DNA of 64,000 nt from contig BCKZ01000002.1 of NCBI GenBank assembly GCA_001600815.1, forward strand, positions 62,001 through 126,000, written 5' to 3'. This DNA comes from Alloascoidea hylecoeti (Eukaryota). Position 1 is the first letter of the stretch; each line of letters opens with the position of its first letter. Under the pieces are notes generated by a model. It was not told the DNA's origin, did not search any database, and worked only from the letters and a program-made list of their open reading frames with translations. Shown in pieces: positions 11,923-25,688 of the stretch. A program made the translations under genes and the position numbers.

Positions 11923-12933
11923 ATGAATTTTTGCTCGAACTGTGGAACTACAAAAACCCCTTTATGGCGGAGATCTCCCTCGGGCCAGATCATATGTAAT
12001 GCTTGTGGCCTATACCTAAGAGCTAATGGAAAACAGCGGCCCGTTCATCTCAGCACACCGCCAAATACTGTCCGTGTGTCTAGTTCAAACAGTCTAGTTC
12101 GTAACACAGGAACCTGCACAGGGACTTCCTGCAATGGAACTGGTGGGAGTCTGGCTTGTGGAGGGTGTCCGGTGCTTTACAATAGACATTGCCACGACAA
12201 AATCAACCAGCAAGGGGAAGAACTTGCAATAGCTTGTTGGAACTGTTCAACTACTGTGACTCCCTTGTGGCGAAGAGACAATGTGGGCCATACCATTTGC
12301 AACGCTTGTGGCTTGTACTACAAACTACACGGAGCCCACAGACCCATCGTTATGAAGAAACCAACAATAAAAAGAAGAAGAAGAGTGGCAAGTCCTTTAC
12401 CTGATTCAATGCCACCTAGGATTGTATTGCCGCCTTTAAGAAGCGCAGTGCCTGTTGCTATCGACTTCACAGGCCTATATCAACCTTCAAATAACCGCAT
12501 AAAAGAAACGCATACCGTATCAATAGACTCATTACTCAATACTTCTTTATCAAGCTCGGGTTCTCACGTGAGCCACCCCATACAAACAATCACCCCTCCT
12601 TCGACGTCATCTAAACTATATTCCTCGAATTTGTCTCACCAAGATTATAATAACCCTCAACTATCGGGCGATCACAGAAATTTACAGGAAACACTTGATC
12701 GTTATAAACAGAAAGTAGCTGAGCTTGAGTTGGAGTTGGCCAAGACTTCTTCTTCTTCTGCATCTTCAAGTCCTTCAAACCATTTAAGGCCGTTATCCCA
12801 ATCTTCCGTAACATCTAAGCCTTATATCACAACTCTACCTTCTTTATCTTCATTAAACACCCACAAGTCAGCACAGGGCCTACACATGGGAATATTTGGC
12901 TCTCTGAAACCTAAAAATCAGTTGGTAATGTAA
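11923..12933 (+). CDS. SFU1: Iron-responsive GATA transcription factor (SreA/Fep1/Sfu1/Urbs1 type)
   Basis: Two GATA fingers ([14 protein letters not shown]...CNACGLY and [14 protein letters not shown]...[12 protein letters not shown]) flank the Cys-rich iron-sensing segment [21 protein letters not shown]. There is a C-terminal coiled coil, and TATAAA lies about 50 bp upstream. Confidence 0.92.
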   Translation: MNFCSNCGTTKTPLWRRSPSGQIICNACGLYLRANGKQRPVHLSTPPNTVRVSSSNSLVRNTGTCTGTSCNGTGGSLACGGCPVLYNRHCHDKINQQGEELAIACWNCSTTVTPLWRRDNVGHTICNACGLYYKLHGAHRPIVMKKPTIKRRRRVASPLPDSMPPRIVLPPLRSAVPVAIDFTGLYQPSNNRIKETHTVSIDSLLNTSLSSSGSHVSHPIQTITPPSTSSKLYSSNLSHQDYNNPQLSGDHRNLQETLDRYKQKVAELELELAKTSSSSASSSPSNHLRPLSQSSVTSKPYITTLPSLSSLNTHKSAQGLHMGIFGSLKPKNQLVM

Positions 12934-15900
12934 TCATATATAATGGGGACCTGTAAGTCGTCATGATCATCTTAATATGGTTAATGAATCTTGGACACCA
13001 TTGAATTTTTACTAGCTATTACACATACACATATATAAGTTTATTCCTTGACACTGGTACTGCTATTTGAATTTGTGGATGTTCTTGTTTATACTGTTTT
13101 AATTTTTATTATTATTTATTTATTAGTACTTTGTGCATATCATCAATTATCATATATATAATGTTACTTTTACTATTGTTTATACATGATCTAATGAGAA
13201 TTCAAAATACATATACGTATCCATTAATCATTGGTGCTAATATTGTATTTGTTTTTAGATGATATATCATGAATTGTTTGCCACTGCATCTATTATGTTG
13301 TAGCTAAGCTTATAATTATATAGTTGAGCTATAAGTTATATCATAACTATAATTATATCATGTATAATTCTCAATTATTGGACATCGACTTCAAACTTTA
13401 AGTATTAGCCTTGAATTTTAATTAGGATGGTACACTAGGGCGTGGACGCCGTGGAGTAGTTGGCGGAATTTATAAGTGATTAGATGATATGAATCAATAT
13501 AGGTTGAGATTAGGAAATAGAAACCTAACTTTGTGAGAATTCATATATGACTTATAAGCTTATAATATATTAAATTTAGTCTACGCGGCTACCTAATACA
13601 TATACGTATATCTGTGGAAAATATAATTCTCCGATTAATTAATATCTCCATTTTACAGAAATAATGACATATCTTATGCATAGATATTGCTATAACTTAT
13701 AGCTAATTATTCATCAAAAGATGACCTAAATTACATAATTAACATGTCATGACTATCATACATCAGACAAGCGCTCTCTAAGGCAATTGTATTAATATTA
13801 TTGACCATTTATTAGTGTTTATTACCGTTTCAAAGTATAAATAAGCTTAAGTGATCCATATCTGATGTTCTGGAAGATTATTAATATTGTACCACAAATA
13901 CCGATATCACTACAATTGATGTATAACTTATGATTATTAAATTTAACACGTAACACAAATGGCTTCAACTAGTTGATGGCAATTGGAAAGCCGTTCAATA
14001 ATGATTTAATTTGATAATCTTGTTATAACTAAAAAGATAAAAAAAAATAGAACGAAACTCGTACATAATCATGGAATTATAAATAGCTTACTAATCATCA
14101 CCATAAATCCTACCAGAGGAAACTCCGTAGTTATATGATACTGTTACATATAATTACTCTATAACTTATAATTTAATTGAACACTCTATTCTGTTTAGCT
14201 TATTATAATCAGCTGGTATTTTGAAGGATTGTGAGGAATTCCTCAATTATCATTAGTAAGCTTATAAATAGTGTATGTTCCTAATAAAATATATTTAACT
14301 TTCGTTACAGCTTCATCAGAATCTGACTGGTAATTACTTCTTCGTAAAGGTCTAGGCTTACATAAACCTAACTACTAAGTCTTTAATTTCGACATCTGAA
14401 GCCATCATGAATCATGATAAGCTTAGAATTCCTTTTTATAATTGATTATAATTATTGGAGAAAATTTATGTGTTAAACGTTGATGCATTTGAAAAGCAAT
14501 GAATTACAAATTTAAAGGTTGATTATAACCATTGTCCTGTAATTATAATTATGTCTACTCGGTAATACAGTGTTAACTGTTAACGCTCTCCATGAAGGGG
14601 TAGCGCTTGAATTCATATGTAATACCGGTATATGTATGAAGCAGAGAGATCCACAAACTGCATAACCAATTGCAAAAATAATTACGTATTCACAAAAATT
14701 TATAGTAATAACGTGAATTCCTATCAACATTTGCAGCTTATGAGATTACCATTTACATTTGGACCGGTATATTCAAAACCACTTTGAGAATATTTTCGAT
14801 CGATATTTAAACTAAATTTAGCCATAAAATTAAAGGAAAATCACATTGATGATATTAATTAATATTAGAGTATTATTAATGTCTTTGTAACCTTATATAT
14901 TACCTAGAGCTAGATCAAGTTCAAACTCAACTGATCACTGTAATCAGTAATATTAATTATAAGCTTAGAAATTGGAATTGCAAAATGTTTATTAAATTTT
15001 TTTTTTAATTTAAGTAATTAATAAGATACCGTTATGCATATATGCATATCGGATCTCTAGAATAATGCAAGGACAAAGTGAGGTTAAGGTAGCGATAAGG
15101 GTAAGAACTTAATAAGAAGTCTAATGAAAATATAATAATTATTGTTACACCAAGCGTCAGTCACTAAGATTGGAGAAGAGCCTCTTCCTGAAAGGACGAC
15201 TCTATTCATTGAGGCTATTTATATATCTAATTTAGGCAACACAGATACTCGGGCATATATGCGCTAATGTTCCGTGTAATATGGTAGAACCTGAAAACCC
15301 TCTGATGTCTATAAGGATAAACGGCACTGTTAAGAATCTTGACTCTTAAGAAATCCTGGATTTTGATATAGGTTATATCGCGGCTAGAGAGGTATTAGAG
15401 AAGGCGGATCCCTGTTGGCAACTCGGAAACATGACAATTGATGATCAAGATAAGGATCAATTATAATGTTGCAGAATAACTAAATATACCTTTGCATATA
15501 TCATTTATGATTGGTCTAAAGAATGAAGAACTATAAGACCTTATATAGATATAACTAAAAATATATATCTACATATCCGCACCTTATCACCTGGCCTAAT
15601 ACTATTAATATTTAAAAAGTAAAACAATGAAGTAGAATTAACTAATAAGCATCTCGATAATATCTTTAGATACCATTAAGGTTATAGGTATATAAAGATT
15701 ATTTAGTTTCATAAAGAAATCCATTCTTCCCATACGCTGTATAATAGTATGTCTCTGTTGCAAACAATTCGAGTAATAAATGGTGATGTTTCTTATTCAA
15801 GCTTAAGGGGGAATACTACTATTACATGTGCATGTATTAGTTATATTGGCTTCACTAAATAAATAATCTTCCATGGCCATATATATTATACTAGATTAAG

Positions 15901-16409
15901 GTAATTATCACCTATAGGCTAGCAACCATTTTTATAATGAATGGGTAGAATACAATTAATGGCAATTGTTGTACACATACAGTAGTGCTAGCATACACAT
16001 TTAAGCAGCCTTTATACGATACGTCAAAGATTACAACAAACGGTAAATAATTTCAAAGAGTACATAGTTATCAATTATAAATAAGCCTAGGTCTATAGCT
16101 TCATCTATCTTATACCGGTATACTATAAGAAGCCATTGAATCATACCCATTCATTCGATCATTAATATTGTAAGTTCAATACTTATATAACGGTACATTT
16201 TATATGGTAACTTAATTATAGGTATATGTAACACTCTTTAAATATAAATATATGATTAGATTTTTTAAAATGAATTATATTAATAAATACCAAACTCTTA
16301 AGATTTCTTCTAGAATTTATAGTAGACATATATCATGAAAAATAAAAAAGGGTTGTCCTATTTTACCCAAAAGATATAAGTTATATGGCTCATTATGTCG
16401 ATCTGAATC

Positions 16410-18083
16410 TTATGTAGGAGAAAAAAACCCAGTATTCTTAGCACAAATAAAAAGTCGATTAATCATATGCTCACTAAAACCATGAAGCGATAAAGAATGG
16501 GAAATTATCAACAATGGCGAGCTCCACGTCGGATAATCATAAGTTGCTTGTTTCCCTGTCTCTAGGTCGAGTAAAAGAATCTTATGAAATAGAAGATCAT
16601 CTTCGAAATATTCGACTGAGCCAATATAGTAGTTTTGAAAGAAATGTGATTTTAGAGTTGGAGTATGACTATTTTTATACTCAATTAGCACGGACCATTG
16701 GTCTTTCATCTGCGTTTTAGTATGTAAACCAATATTTTTGGGACGATTTGTTTTCCTTATGCTTTGATAGATTTTGAAACCTGTTGATTTTTCCAAGCCT
16801 GTAAGATCTAATTTTGGTCCTTCGTAAGCAAAGCGGTTCCTATATGCATCAACCATTAATGAATTTAAAATACTCATCAAGGACCTGTAGGAAACTGTGC
16901 AGTTCATTCCCAAACTTGGGGTGAATTGAACATGCTCTAAGAACATATGTGTATCTGATATATGAAGAACTGATCTTCTCCACATAGCGTAAACCTCCTC
17001 TGATTCTTTATTTTTAAACGAATGAACACCCAAAACATAACCTGAGTCTCTTAATATAACAATCATATGGGTTGTAGTTAAATCTATGGACATTGTTCTA
17101 TTTAAGTCAACATAATCAAAATAGTTGATGAATAAGAAAATATAGTGCTCATGAGGGAGAATTGAGTCAACTTCCATATTATTGAATCCAAAAAGCTGAA
17201 ATGGATCCTGAGGTCCCGAAATAATTGTTTGCCAGAAGAGTTTAGATGGTTGAATCCCATCAAGACTCTGTTGGTATGCGACCAGCTTAACTCGATTCTC
17301 TGCTTGATTAACTGGCAAAGTGAAAAATAGCATTTCATCATAAACACAAGGCTTGACCATGATATCAACAGTAATAGGGGAAGGGAATATCCAACGAGCA
17401 TCTTCACAAAATACGGATCTTATTTGCTTTATTTGCTTTAGGCCCATGGGCATTTGATCTTGTGTAGGATAAACCGCTGTGAGAATGAATTGACTAGACA
17501 TGTCTAAAAACTCAAAACTTCGATCACAAAAGGTATCTCTTTCTGAGTAGTTGAGACTTCCATCGGTGAAACTTATTGACATGATATCTTCATTGACAAT
17601 ATCTGAATTCATACTGTCCCTCTCTGTTCTAAAAAGCAGACACTTAGAGGTTCCAAAATTACCATCAAGTACCACATCTAGTTCTGACAGAGCTGTTCTA
17701 TCAAGTATTGTATGAATAGGAATTGTGACATCTGAAGGGAATTTATCGGAACTAAAGGTGCGTTTTCTGTTGCACCTTGTAGATCCAGATAAGGATCGCC
17801 TACCCAGTTGCAAGACCTTAAGGGTCATACTATACTGTCTGCAAGCAGAACTCCATAAACACAGCGAGCCTCCAGAAACTCTGCAGGACTCACTTTTAAC
17901 TGATATAAAAGGGTCAAGATCATGAGCAATTCTTTTGAATAAAAAGTCATAGTGGGGATCTTTGAAATACTGACAAAACCATCTGCATGATCGGGCTAAT
18001 GCCGCAAAGTCTCGTAAAGGAAGAAACGAGATTATCTGGAGTATTACCTCATCGGGAATATGATATATATTGATGAGTTGCAT
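16410..18083 (-). CDS. F-box protein with unrecognised C-terminal domain
   Basis: 557-aa ORF. N-terminal IYHIPDEVILQIISFLPLRDFAALARSCRWF fits the F-box consensus. Confidence 0.8.
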   Translation of the reverse strand: MQLINIYHIPDEVILQIISFLPLRDFAALARSCRWFCQYFKDPHYDFLFKRIAHDLDPFISVKSESCRVSGGSLCLWSSACRQYSMTLKVLQLGRRSLSGSTRCNRKRTFSSDKFPSDVTIPIHTILDRTALSELDVVLDGNFGTSKCLLFRTERDSMNSDIVNEDIMSISFTDGSLNYSERDTFCDRSFEFLDMSSQFILTAVYPTQDQMPMGLKQIKQIRSVFCEDARWIFPSPITVDIMVKPCVYDEMLFFTLPVNQAENRVKLVAYQQSLDGIQPSKLFWQTIISGPQDPFQLFGFNNMEVDSILPHEHYIFLFINYFDYVDLNRTMSIDLTTTHMIVILRDSGYVLGVHSFKNKESEEVYAMWRRSVLHISDTHMFLEHVQFTPSLGMNCTVSYRSLMSILNSLMVDAYRNRFAYEGPKLDLTGLEKSTGFKIYQSIRKTNRPKNIGLHTKTQMKDQWSVLIEYKNSHTPTLKSHFFQNYYIGSVEYFEDDLLFHKILLLDLETGKQATYDYPTWSSPLLIISHSLSLHGFSEHMINRLFICAKNTGFFSPT

Positions 18084-18306
18084 TGAGTTAGAAAATACTA
18101 CATTCAGCCTCCGTGGGGTGGTTCATTCACAGACTCGCTCTAAGCAACCTCAAACTTAATTAACATTAAGGGGGAGTTGGGTTAGCATCACGTGAAATAT
18201 TTCGCATACAGTGTTCCCATAGATACCTAGTCATTCTGAGAAGTACGCCATTCTGCTGGCTTCACTTCCCATTTTCCTTTTAGCTTTGAGTTCAACAATA
18301 ACATCA

Positions 18307-18888
18307 ATGGACCCTCTTCGTAATAATAAAGTTGACTTAAGTGTATGTTTATAAATCATACATTACTATGAGAATTATGGATAATAATGTTCAGTTACTA
18401 ATCATTGGTTGATTTTGTTTTAGAAGCTCACTGCCGATGAGCAAAGAATCTTTAGATTATATGGCAAGTTGCCTTCCAGGAATGAACTGCTCGCTGGCCG
18501 TTTAAAAGTATGGCTTTTTTTTTTTCAATCAATTGAGAGTATAGGCTAGATCTAACCTATTTTTTTACAGGATAGAAAATATTTTGATTCTGGTGATTAT
18601 GCTTTGAGCAAAGCAGCTGGAAAGAAGCCAGCAGATTTTAATGTCGGTTCACAGCATCCTAGCCCCGAAAAAATCCCTAGGTCACATCCAAGCCGAGGCT
18701 CTGTGGTTGGATCTATTGCAGGCTCCTCAGGAGCTAACAATGGCGGGAATATTCCGATTGGCCATTTTTCTCATCTAGCTGATAATGATGATACAGAATC
18801 AACACAGGAGCTCACAAATCAAGATATTACTACAGAACAGTATAATGCTTTCAAACCAGAATCAGGTAAGGGGAATGAGAAGGATTAA
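18307..18888 (+). CDS. IGO1: Endosulfine / cAMP-regulated phosphoprotein (PP2A-Cdc55 inhibitor); exons 18307-18342, 18424-18507, 18571-18888
   Basis: The spliced product MDPLRNNKVDLS-KLTADEQRIFRLYGKLP...LK-DRKYFDSGDYALSKA carries the diagnostic FDSGDY. Both GT-AG introns are phase 0. Confidence 0.93.
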
Positions 18889-21262
18889 GGTGATACTTCT
18901 TGGATTTTATTAAATTCAGCACAAACATAATTAAGAACATAAAAAATGTTTGATCAGACCAACGCTGAATACTCATCCCCACAATCTTAACACCCCCAAA
19001 AAAATACAATATGGATAATTTAATTAATTGATATTAAAGTATATTTATGAATTTGATGATTGGGGAAACTATCTAAAGTGAGAGTCAACCCAACTGTTTA
19101 ATTTAAATCTATGGAAACGTTAATCTATATTCATGGTTAGTGCTATTATGTAATTTGCCCTTTTTTTTTTTCCTTCCATTCCGGACAGTCATACTTTCTT
19201 TTAAAAATAACTACTGTTATTATATTTGTTGGAGAAACTTCTATATTTTATATTAATATTGTTAAGGAGTGTGATGCCGCTAATTAAGGATGTTTTTAAT
19301 TAGAATAAAATGCAATACTATTATAAATATAATAGTGATCTTATATATACATATGTTTGTTGGATTTTATGTTTAATGCTCATATATTAATTGGTATACG
19401 TCACTTGTAACACAAATATTTGTCCCAAGTTCAAGATGACATCTCCTCGAATTGGACTGGATTTTTTTAATTTAAGTAGAATTGTCATTATACATATCTT
19501 TTTGTTGTATCATGGCCACCTTTTAAAATAGATATTAGGCTATGTTGAACACTAATCATTGGTCACATTTTTTATCCGAAGTTGTTCCATATCCCATATT
19601 AATAGTTCTCACCAGTAATAATGGGGCAGATAATTAGTGATCATCATGGCCGACATTTAGTAGAATAACTGTATGTTAAGATATGTTATATCAGCACCAA
19701 TTATTAATAAAAGAAATGAGGACCCAGGACCCATTTTTTCTTTATCTTACCATTGCAGCTGACAACGAAGAAATGAACCGAGTACTAGTTATAATATGAA
19801 AACTTAGACCTTCATAAAGTAATTGAACCTACTCGTTTTCGAAGCCGTTTCTTTATACATTTACAATATTGGTGGAATTGATGGCCAAAAGAAAGTATAT
19901 AAGAATCAGTTACAATATCATTGATAAAAGTGTCGACATTTCTGTCTGAAAAATCTTGCGAATGGATGTTTTCGGATCTACTCTTAAGTTTACAATCCAT
20001 ATAAGTAATATATATGCTATAGTTAATAATAATACACAGAAGGAAGAAGCTGTAATTATATATAATTATAGTTAATGTCGTGTCTATTAGTTACCCGCTG
20101 GCGGATTATAATTCCAGCTTTAAATATATGGCGGTGCTATACTAAAAGTACTTAATTACCAGCTGCTGATGGTAAAATAATTGTTGAATGGATTTAATGT
20201 TAACGGTATTAGCCTTATAAGTTTACATGGCTATATAAGTATATTGAGATAGTAAGCATTTAAGTTAAAGGAAATATTTATTTATTTATATACTAATCTA
20301 TTTACTATATTAACGACTGATATGAGTTTAGAAGGATGACGTAAAAGTATTGGGTGATATCCGGAAGTTCTGAGAGTACTGAAGTGAGAATGGAATGTTA
20401 ATGGTCATATGAGTTGAAGGATTAACTCATGGATCTATCTTATTATGTCATATATCAATAGCTGTACTTGTAATAAAGTGGGTATGGATATTACAATACA
20501 TTCATCAGAATATTTTAACTTTACAGAAAGGAAAGTGATCGATTAGGAAAAATGTAAACACCAATTAATACTGTCATGATAGATGATTAAATAAAGTTCT
20601 GTTTACATATAGGGTAAAATATTTTTTCTAACCCTTTCAGAGTAACTTTTAACTACCGGCAGATGCACCAAAAAGGGTTTGATCGGTTGCTAGATAGTAA
20701 ATATCTACAGTCTATTAAAATACTGACCCGATACTCTACAAGCTTAAGTCATTTACGAGGCTTGTTTAAATCTTTAAAAATCTCGTCCCTGCATTTCTTG
20801 AAATTATATTCATTCTGGACCTACGCGTGGCGTGCGCTGGATATCTCGTGTTTTAAAACTTAACATACTAACGTTAACTCTATCTATTTATATGCTTTAT
20901 TATGACTGAAAATATATATAAATATGGGGATCGAGGAAAATATGTTCCTATAATTAATACTAACTCGGGTTGTTAAGTAGATGCAGTTGTGCGGCTCGTA
21001 AATTACCATTTGTGTCAATCATTGTGTTTTAATTTTCAATTAGTATGAGATCTTCTTATATGAAGCTAATTTCATGCACAAACGCAAAAAGCCATAGATT
21101 CCTCATTTAGAACGGAGGATGGATGTTGAAGTCTCAGATCTATTTTTGAAATCTCACACATTTTTTGTATTTTTTTGTATATTTTTAAGTGTATCTTTTA
21201 AGATCTCGAGATATTTCATACATTGGGGGATATTGAAGCATCACTTAAAAATTATATAAAAG

Positions 21263-24200
21263 ATGTCTTACAACAATAATACTCCTTTCAACAACACGCA
21301 TGCCCATGATATCGACGAACGTCAACAGTACAACGATATCGACGATAATAGAAGACGAGATGAGCTTGTAAGATATCCAGAAAATAGATCTAAGACTAGC
21401 GTATCATCAGCTGGTCTCTTGGCTCCAGCTTCTGCTCACCAGCGACAACCATCACCCTTGTTACCAACCGGTCCAGCTGTTCATAATGACATGCCCTTTG
21501 ATTCATCGTATAATAATTACGACACGACCCCAAATCACGGATATAATAATCCTATCCTCAGAGAAACAGCGACAACGAACGCAAATGCGTTTCCTTCTTC
21601 CTCTTCTGGATATTACCCAGATTCTGGAGACTATGATTCTGAATATTACCGTCGACCAGGAACAGTATCTGCCAATTCTCCTTATTATTCGAAAAGACTA
21701 TCCGATCCTGTTGAGTATGTCAATACTTATAATCCAAGCACAGGTGGAAATGATGGGGATGCTTATTTACTTGATACTTATAACCACCAACCGAACCTCT
21801 CTCAAACAAATTTCAATTCCCAATATCAGAATTTCAACGGTTCAACGGGCTTTGGTTATGCTTTCGAGCACGCAGGGCCAGACGAAAGTTTTCAGCCATT
21901 TCCCATTACAGGTGAGTCTTATGATATAAACACATATGACGTTGATCTCGAAGATCAAGAGGATAAACAAATGTATAATGTTGAAGAACAAAATGTTGAA
22001 GAAGATGCTTTTGGTAATATAGACATTCCATTAGAAATTCCACCAGATGGACCACAATTACGAAGAAATAAAACAACCAAGAAAATCAAACTAATGAATG
22101 GTAATTTGGTATTGGATTGTCCGGTATCCAAGCAAATGTTGAATAAATACACAGAAAAAAGAAGTGAAAGAGAATTCACCTTTATGAGATATTCAGCTGC
22201 TACCACTGATCCTAAGGATTTCATTGATGAAGGATTCACATTACGTCAATTATGCTATAAACAACCCAGAAAAACCGAACTTATGATAATTGTTACAATG
22301 TACAATGAAGATGACGTTTTATTAGGTAGAACTTTAAAGGGCGTTTTCAAAAATATAAAACATTTAATGGGTAGAGATCGATCAAAAACATGGGGTAAAG
22401 ATGCATGGAAAAAAATTGTCGTTTGTATCGTTAGTGATGGTCGTACTAAAATCAATAAAAGAGCCCAAGCTTTACTTGCATCTTTAGGTGTTTATCAAGA
22501 AGGGTTTGCAAAAAATATGGTTAATGATAAACCTGTAAGTGCTCATATTTATGAATATACTACTATGGTTGGAATATCCTCAATCAAACATGATAAAGTT
22601 AAAATAACGACAGAGCAGACAGTCCCTGTTCAACTTTTATTTTGTCTAAAAGAAAAAAATCAAAAGAAAATCAACTCACATCGTTGGTGTTTCCAAGCTT
22701 TTGCTCCATTGTTACAACCAGAAGTGATCGTCTTATTAGATGCAGGAACACAACCAGGCTCTGATTCAATCTATCATTTATGGAAAGAATTTGACAGGCA
22801 TCCAAATGTTGGTGGTGCTTGTGGTGAAATCAAAGCTATGTTGGGATCAAAATTCAAATATCTGTTAAATCCCCTTGTTGCCTCCCAGAACTTTGAGTAC
22901 AAAATCTCAAATATTTTGGACAAACCTATGGAATCTGTCTTCGGATTCATCGGTGTATTACCTGGTGCATTTTCGGCTTATAGATATAGAGCTTTGCTGA
23001 ATGATATTAATGGAGTAGGACCTTTAGAGAAATATTTCAAAGGTGAAACATTACATGATTCGAATACTGGTCTTTTTACTTCGAATATGTATCTTGCTGA
23101 AGATCGTATTCTTTGTTTTGAGCTTGTTGCTAAAAAAGGTTGTTCTTGGATTCTTAAATATTGTAAATCAGCTTCAGCGGAAACAGATGTCCCTAGTCAT
23201 TTGTCAGAATTTATTTTACAAAGAAGAAGATGGTTAAATGGGTCCTTTTTTGCTGCTATTTACTCCGTTTTTCATTTCTTTAAGATTTTCCAGTCTTCAC
23301 ATTCACCTTTTAGACTATTAATGTTAAGTATTGAATTTCTTTATCAGACTATCAACTTATTGGTATCTTGGTTTTCTATCGGTAGTTTCTTTTTGGTTTT
23401 CAGAATTCTGACTTCAAGTTTAGGTGACAAAAGTGTTAATTTTAGCCCTGGTGGTGTTTTATCGATTGTGTTCTTATGGTTATACGTTGGTTGCCTTGTT
23501 AGCACGTTTGTTCTATCTTTTGGTAATAAGCCACAAGGCACAAAGAAGTTTTACATTGTGATTGTGGCATTTTTTGCAATTCTAATGTGCTATTTAATAT
23601 TTGCTGCTATATTTCTATCTGTTAAAGCCGTTCAGGAAATCATTAAAGATCATCGAAATGATTTTTCATTCAAATTGATCCTAACAGAAGCTACATTTAG
23701 AGATCTGGTAGTGTCGATGCTTTCAACGTATGCCTTATACTTTATTTGCTCTTTCCTATATTTTGAGCCATGGCATATGTTTACCAGTTTCTTCCAATAC
23801 CTATTGATCAGTCCAACCTATATTAATGTTTTAAATGTCTATGCATTTTGTAATATTCATGACATTTCTTGGGGTACAAAGGGTGATACAGGACAAAAGC
23901 TTGATCTTGGTATTGCCAAGGTAGATGAGGCCGGTAAATTGGAAGTTGATATACCAACACAAGATGATGACATTGACCGATCATACGCGACCCAAATTAA
24001 AATGTTGTTAAGTGAGCCAGAACCTGAAGTTGATGATAAATCATCAGAAGAAATAGGAAAAGATTATTATGCTTTTATTAGATCTTCGGTTGTGCTATCC
24101 TGGATGTTTTCAAATTTTGTTATTATAGCAGTTGTTTTGCAAACTGGGGGTGTTTCTGCAATAGATACTGGTTCGGCTAATAATGTTGTGAAGCGAGCGG

Positions 24201-24367
24201 TTGGTGCAGTTGGAGAAGTTGTTGTGGAGGTGGTCAAACGAAGTGCAGATCTTCAACAGCGACAACAAATTTATTTAACTGTCATTTTATGGACCGTGGC
24301 TTTCATGGCCATGTTTAGGTTCATTGGATCAGTAGCATATCTGGTTCTTCGTATTCTTGGCAGTTAG
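21263..24367 (+). CDS. CHS1: Chitin synthase, class I-like
   Basis: TMYNED, CIVSDGRTKIN, LLDAGT, QNFEYK, VLPGAFSAYR, YLAEDRIL, QRRRW and SWGTKG motifs plus C-terminal TMs. Class I is assigned from motif resemblance to ScChs1/CaChs2. Confidence 0.93.
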   Translation: MSYNNNTPFNNTHAHDIDERQQYNDIDDNRRRDELVRYPENRSKTSVSSAGLLAPASAHQRQPSPLLPTGPAVHNDMPFDSSYNNYDTTPNHGYNNPILRETATTNANAFPSSSSGYYPDSGDYDSEYYRRPGTVSANSPYYSKRLSDPVEYVNTYNPSTGGNDGDAYLLDTYNHQPNLSQTNFNSQYQNFNGSTGFGYAFEHAGPDESFQPFPITGESYDINTYDVDLEDQEDKQMYNVEEQNVEEDAFGNIDIPLEIPPDGPQLRRNKTTKKIKLMNGNLVLDCPVSKQMLNKYTEKRSEREFTFMRYSAATTDPKDFIDEGFTLRQLCYKQPRKTELMIIVTMYNEDDVLLGRTLKGVFKNIKHLMGRDRSKTWGKDAWKKIVVCIVSDGRTKINKRAQALLASLGVYQEGFAKNMVNDKPVSAHIYEYTTMVGISSIKHDKVKITTEQTVPVQLLFCLKEKNQKKINSHRWCFQAFAPLLQPEVIVLLDAGTQPGSDSIYHLWKEFDRHPNVGGACGEIKAMLGSKFKYLLNPLVASQNFEYKISNILDKPMESVFGFIGVLPGAFSAYRYRALLNDINGVGPLEKYFKGETLHDSNTGLFTSNMYLAEDRILCFELVAKKGCSWILKYCKSASAETDVPSHLSEFILQRRRWLNGSFFAAIYSVFHFFKIFQSSHSPFRLLMLSIEFLYQTINLLVSWFSIGSFFLVFRILTSSLGDKSVNFSPGGVLSIVFLWLYVGCLVSTFVLSFGNKPQGTKKFYIVIVAFFAILMCYLIFAAIFLSVKAVQEIIKDHRNDFSFKLILTEATFRDLVVSMLSTYALYFICSFLYFEPWHMFTSFFQYLLISPTYINVLNVYAFCNIHDISWGTKGDTGQKLDLGIAKVDEAGKLEVDIPTQDDDIDRSYATQIKMLLSEPEPEVDDKSSEEIGKDYYAFIRSSVVLSWMFSNFVIIAVVLQTGGVSAIDTGSANNVVKRAVGAVGEVVVEVVKRSADLQQRQQIYLTVILWTVAFMAMFRFIGSVAYLVLRILGS

Positions 24368-24682
24368 AGTTAGCGTAGTTATTCATGAAATAGTTAACAC
24401 CGTATAAATATATTGTGATGATATTAATATCTCCATAGTTCTTGAACACAGAAAGTGACCCTAATAGTCTAATCTTTGCGGGTATCTTGTTTGATTCGCA
24501 GATTTTACAGTTATATTGTTAGCTTGTAAGTTGTAACTGCACATTAAGCTTTATAGGTTATAAGGACTCTATTCAAGGGTTTGTTAAGTATGTCACTTCG
24601 GAGGGTAACCATCTAATATTTGGCCTGCGTACTCAAATTAAACAAAACCTGCTACTCTAAATATAGTTACTTATCCTTAAAA

Positions 24683-25688
24683 ATGGAAATATTGGCGATA
24701 CTTTCCAATATATTAGGCTGGACTTATGTCTTTATGTGGGTTAGTATTACGTATTAAAAATTGGCTGTGAGTTCTTGCTGCTAACCTTATTCAGAGTATA
24801 TCCTTTTACCCACCGTTATTGTTAAATTTCAGATTGAAGTCGGTTGAAGGTATATCGCCCGACTTTTTATTCATCAATATACTCGGATATATTTCTTATC
24901 TTTTATCGCTTCTACTACAGTATTTTGGAACTGGTGTCCGAGAAGAGTATGCTAGGCGACACTCGGATATTGAGATAAAGCACATTCCTATTCCAAATCT
25001 AGGGATTGATAACACGGTTGAATATGAAGTGCCGACCCTTGAGTTGGTCACCTTCGTAAACGAAAAGAATTATCCTTTGATCGCTGTCAACGATTTAGCA
25101 TTTGTTATTCATGGTCTGATATGCACTTCTATAACATTACTTCAGTATCTAAAATGGAAACATAAAATACAAGGTGGGCATCGTCTTTCAAAGTATGGAA
25201 AATTGATCATTACAACTGTGCTATTTGTTGGCATTTCTGCACTTGCTTACATCCCAATATGCCAATATCTTGAAATCGATTATTCCGGGAAAACCTCGAG
25301 GCTCAAGACTGAAGTAGCAACAACAGTTGCTGTAACTGACTATACTCCAGTATATGGATGGCTAGATATCGCGATTATTCTTGGGAATATTAAAGTATGT
25401 TTGTCATTTTCAAAGTATATTCCCCAATTACTACATTTCCTTCGCCGAAGATCTACGTTTGGCTGGTCCATATTATCGACATGGTTAGACCTTGGAGGTG
25501 GTGTCTTCAGTTTATTGCAACTCGTTATTGATGCAATTATCACAAATCAACTCGCTGATGTTCTAACAGGCAATTTTACGAAACTTGGTCTCGCATGTGT
25601 AACTTTAGTTTTTGATATTTGGTTTATATTTTTAAGTTGGATTTACAAGGATGGGAAAAAACAGATTACTGCCATGAACGACTTTTAG
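24683..25688 (+). CDS. ERS1: PQ-loop cystinosin-family vacuolar transporter; exons 24683-24739 and 24795-25688
   Basis: Intron GTTAGT...GCTAAC...CAG restores LGWTYVFMW-SISFYPPLLLNFRLKSVEGISPDF. A second loop reads KYIPQLLH...STFGWSI...LDLGGGVFS. Confidence 0.88.

Noticed and set aside
15065..15112. MQGQSEVKVAIRVRT resembles a kinesin motor N-terminus
   Set aside because: Stops follow immediately, and no FxFD or P-loop motif was found downstream. Likely chance.
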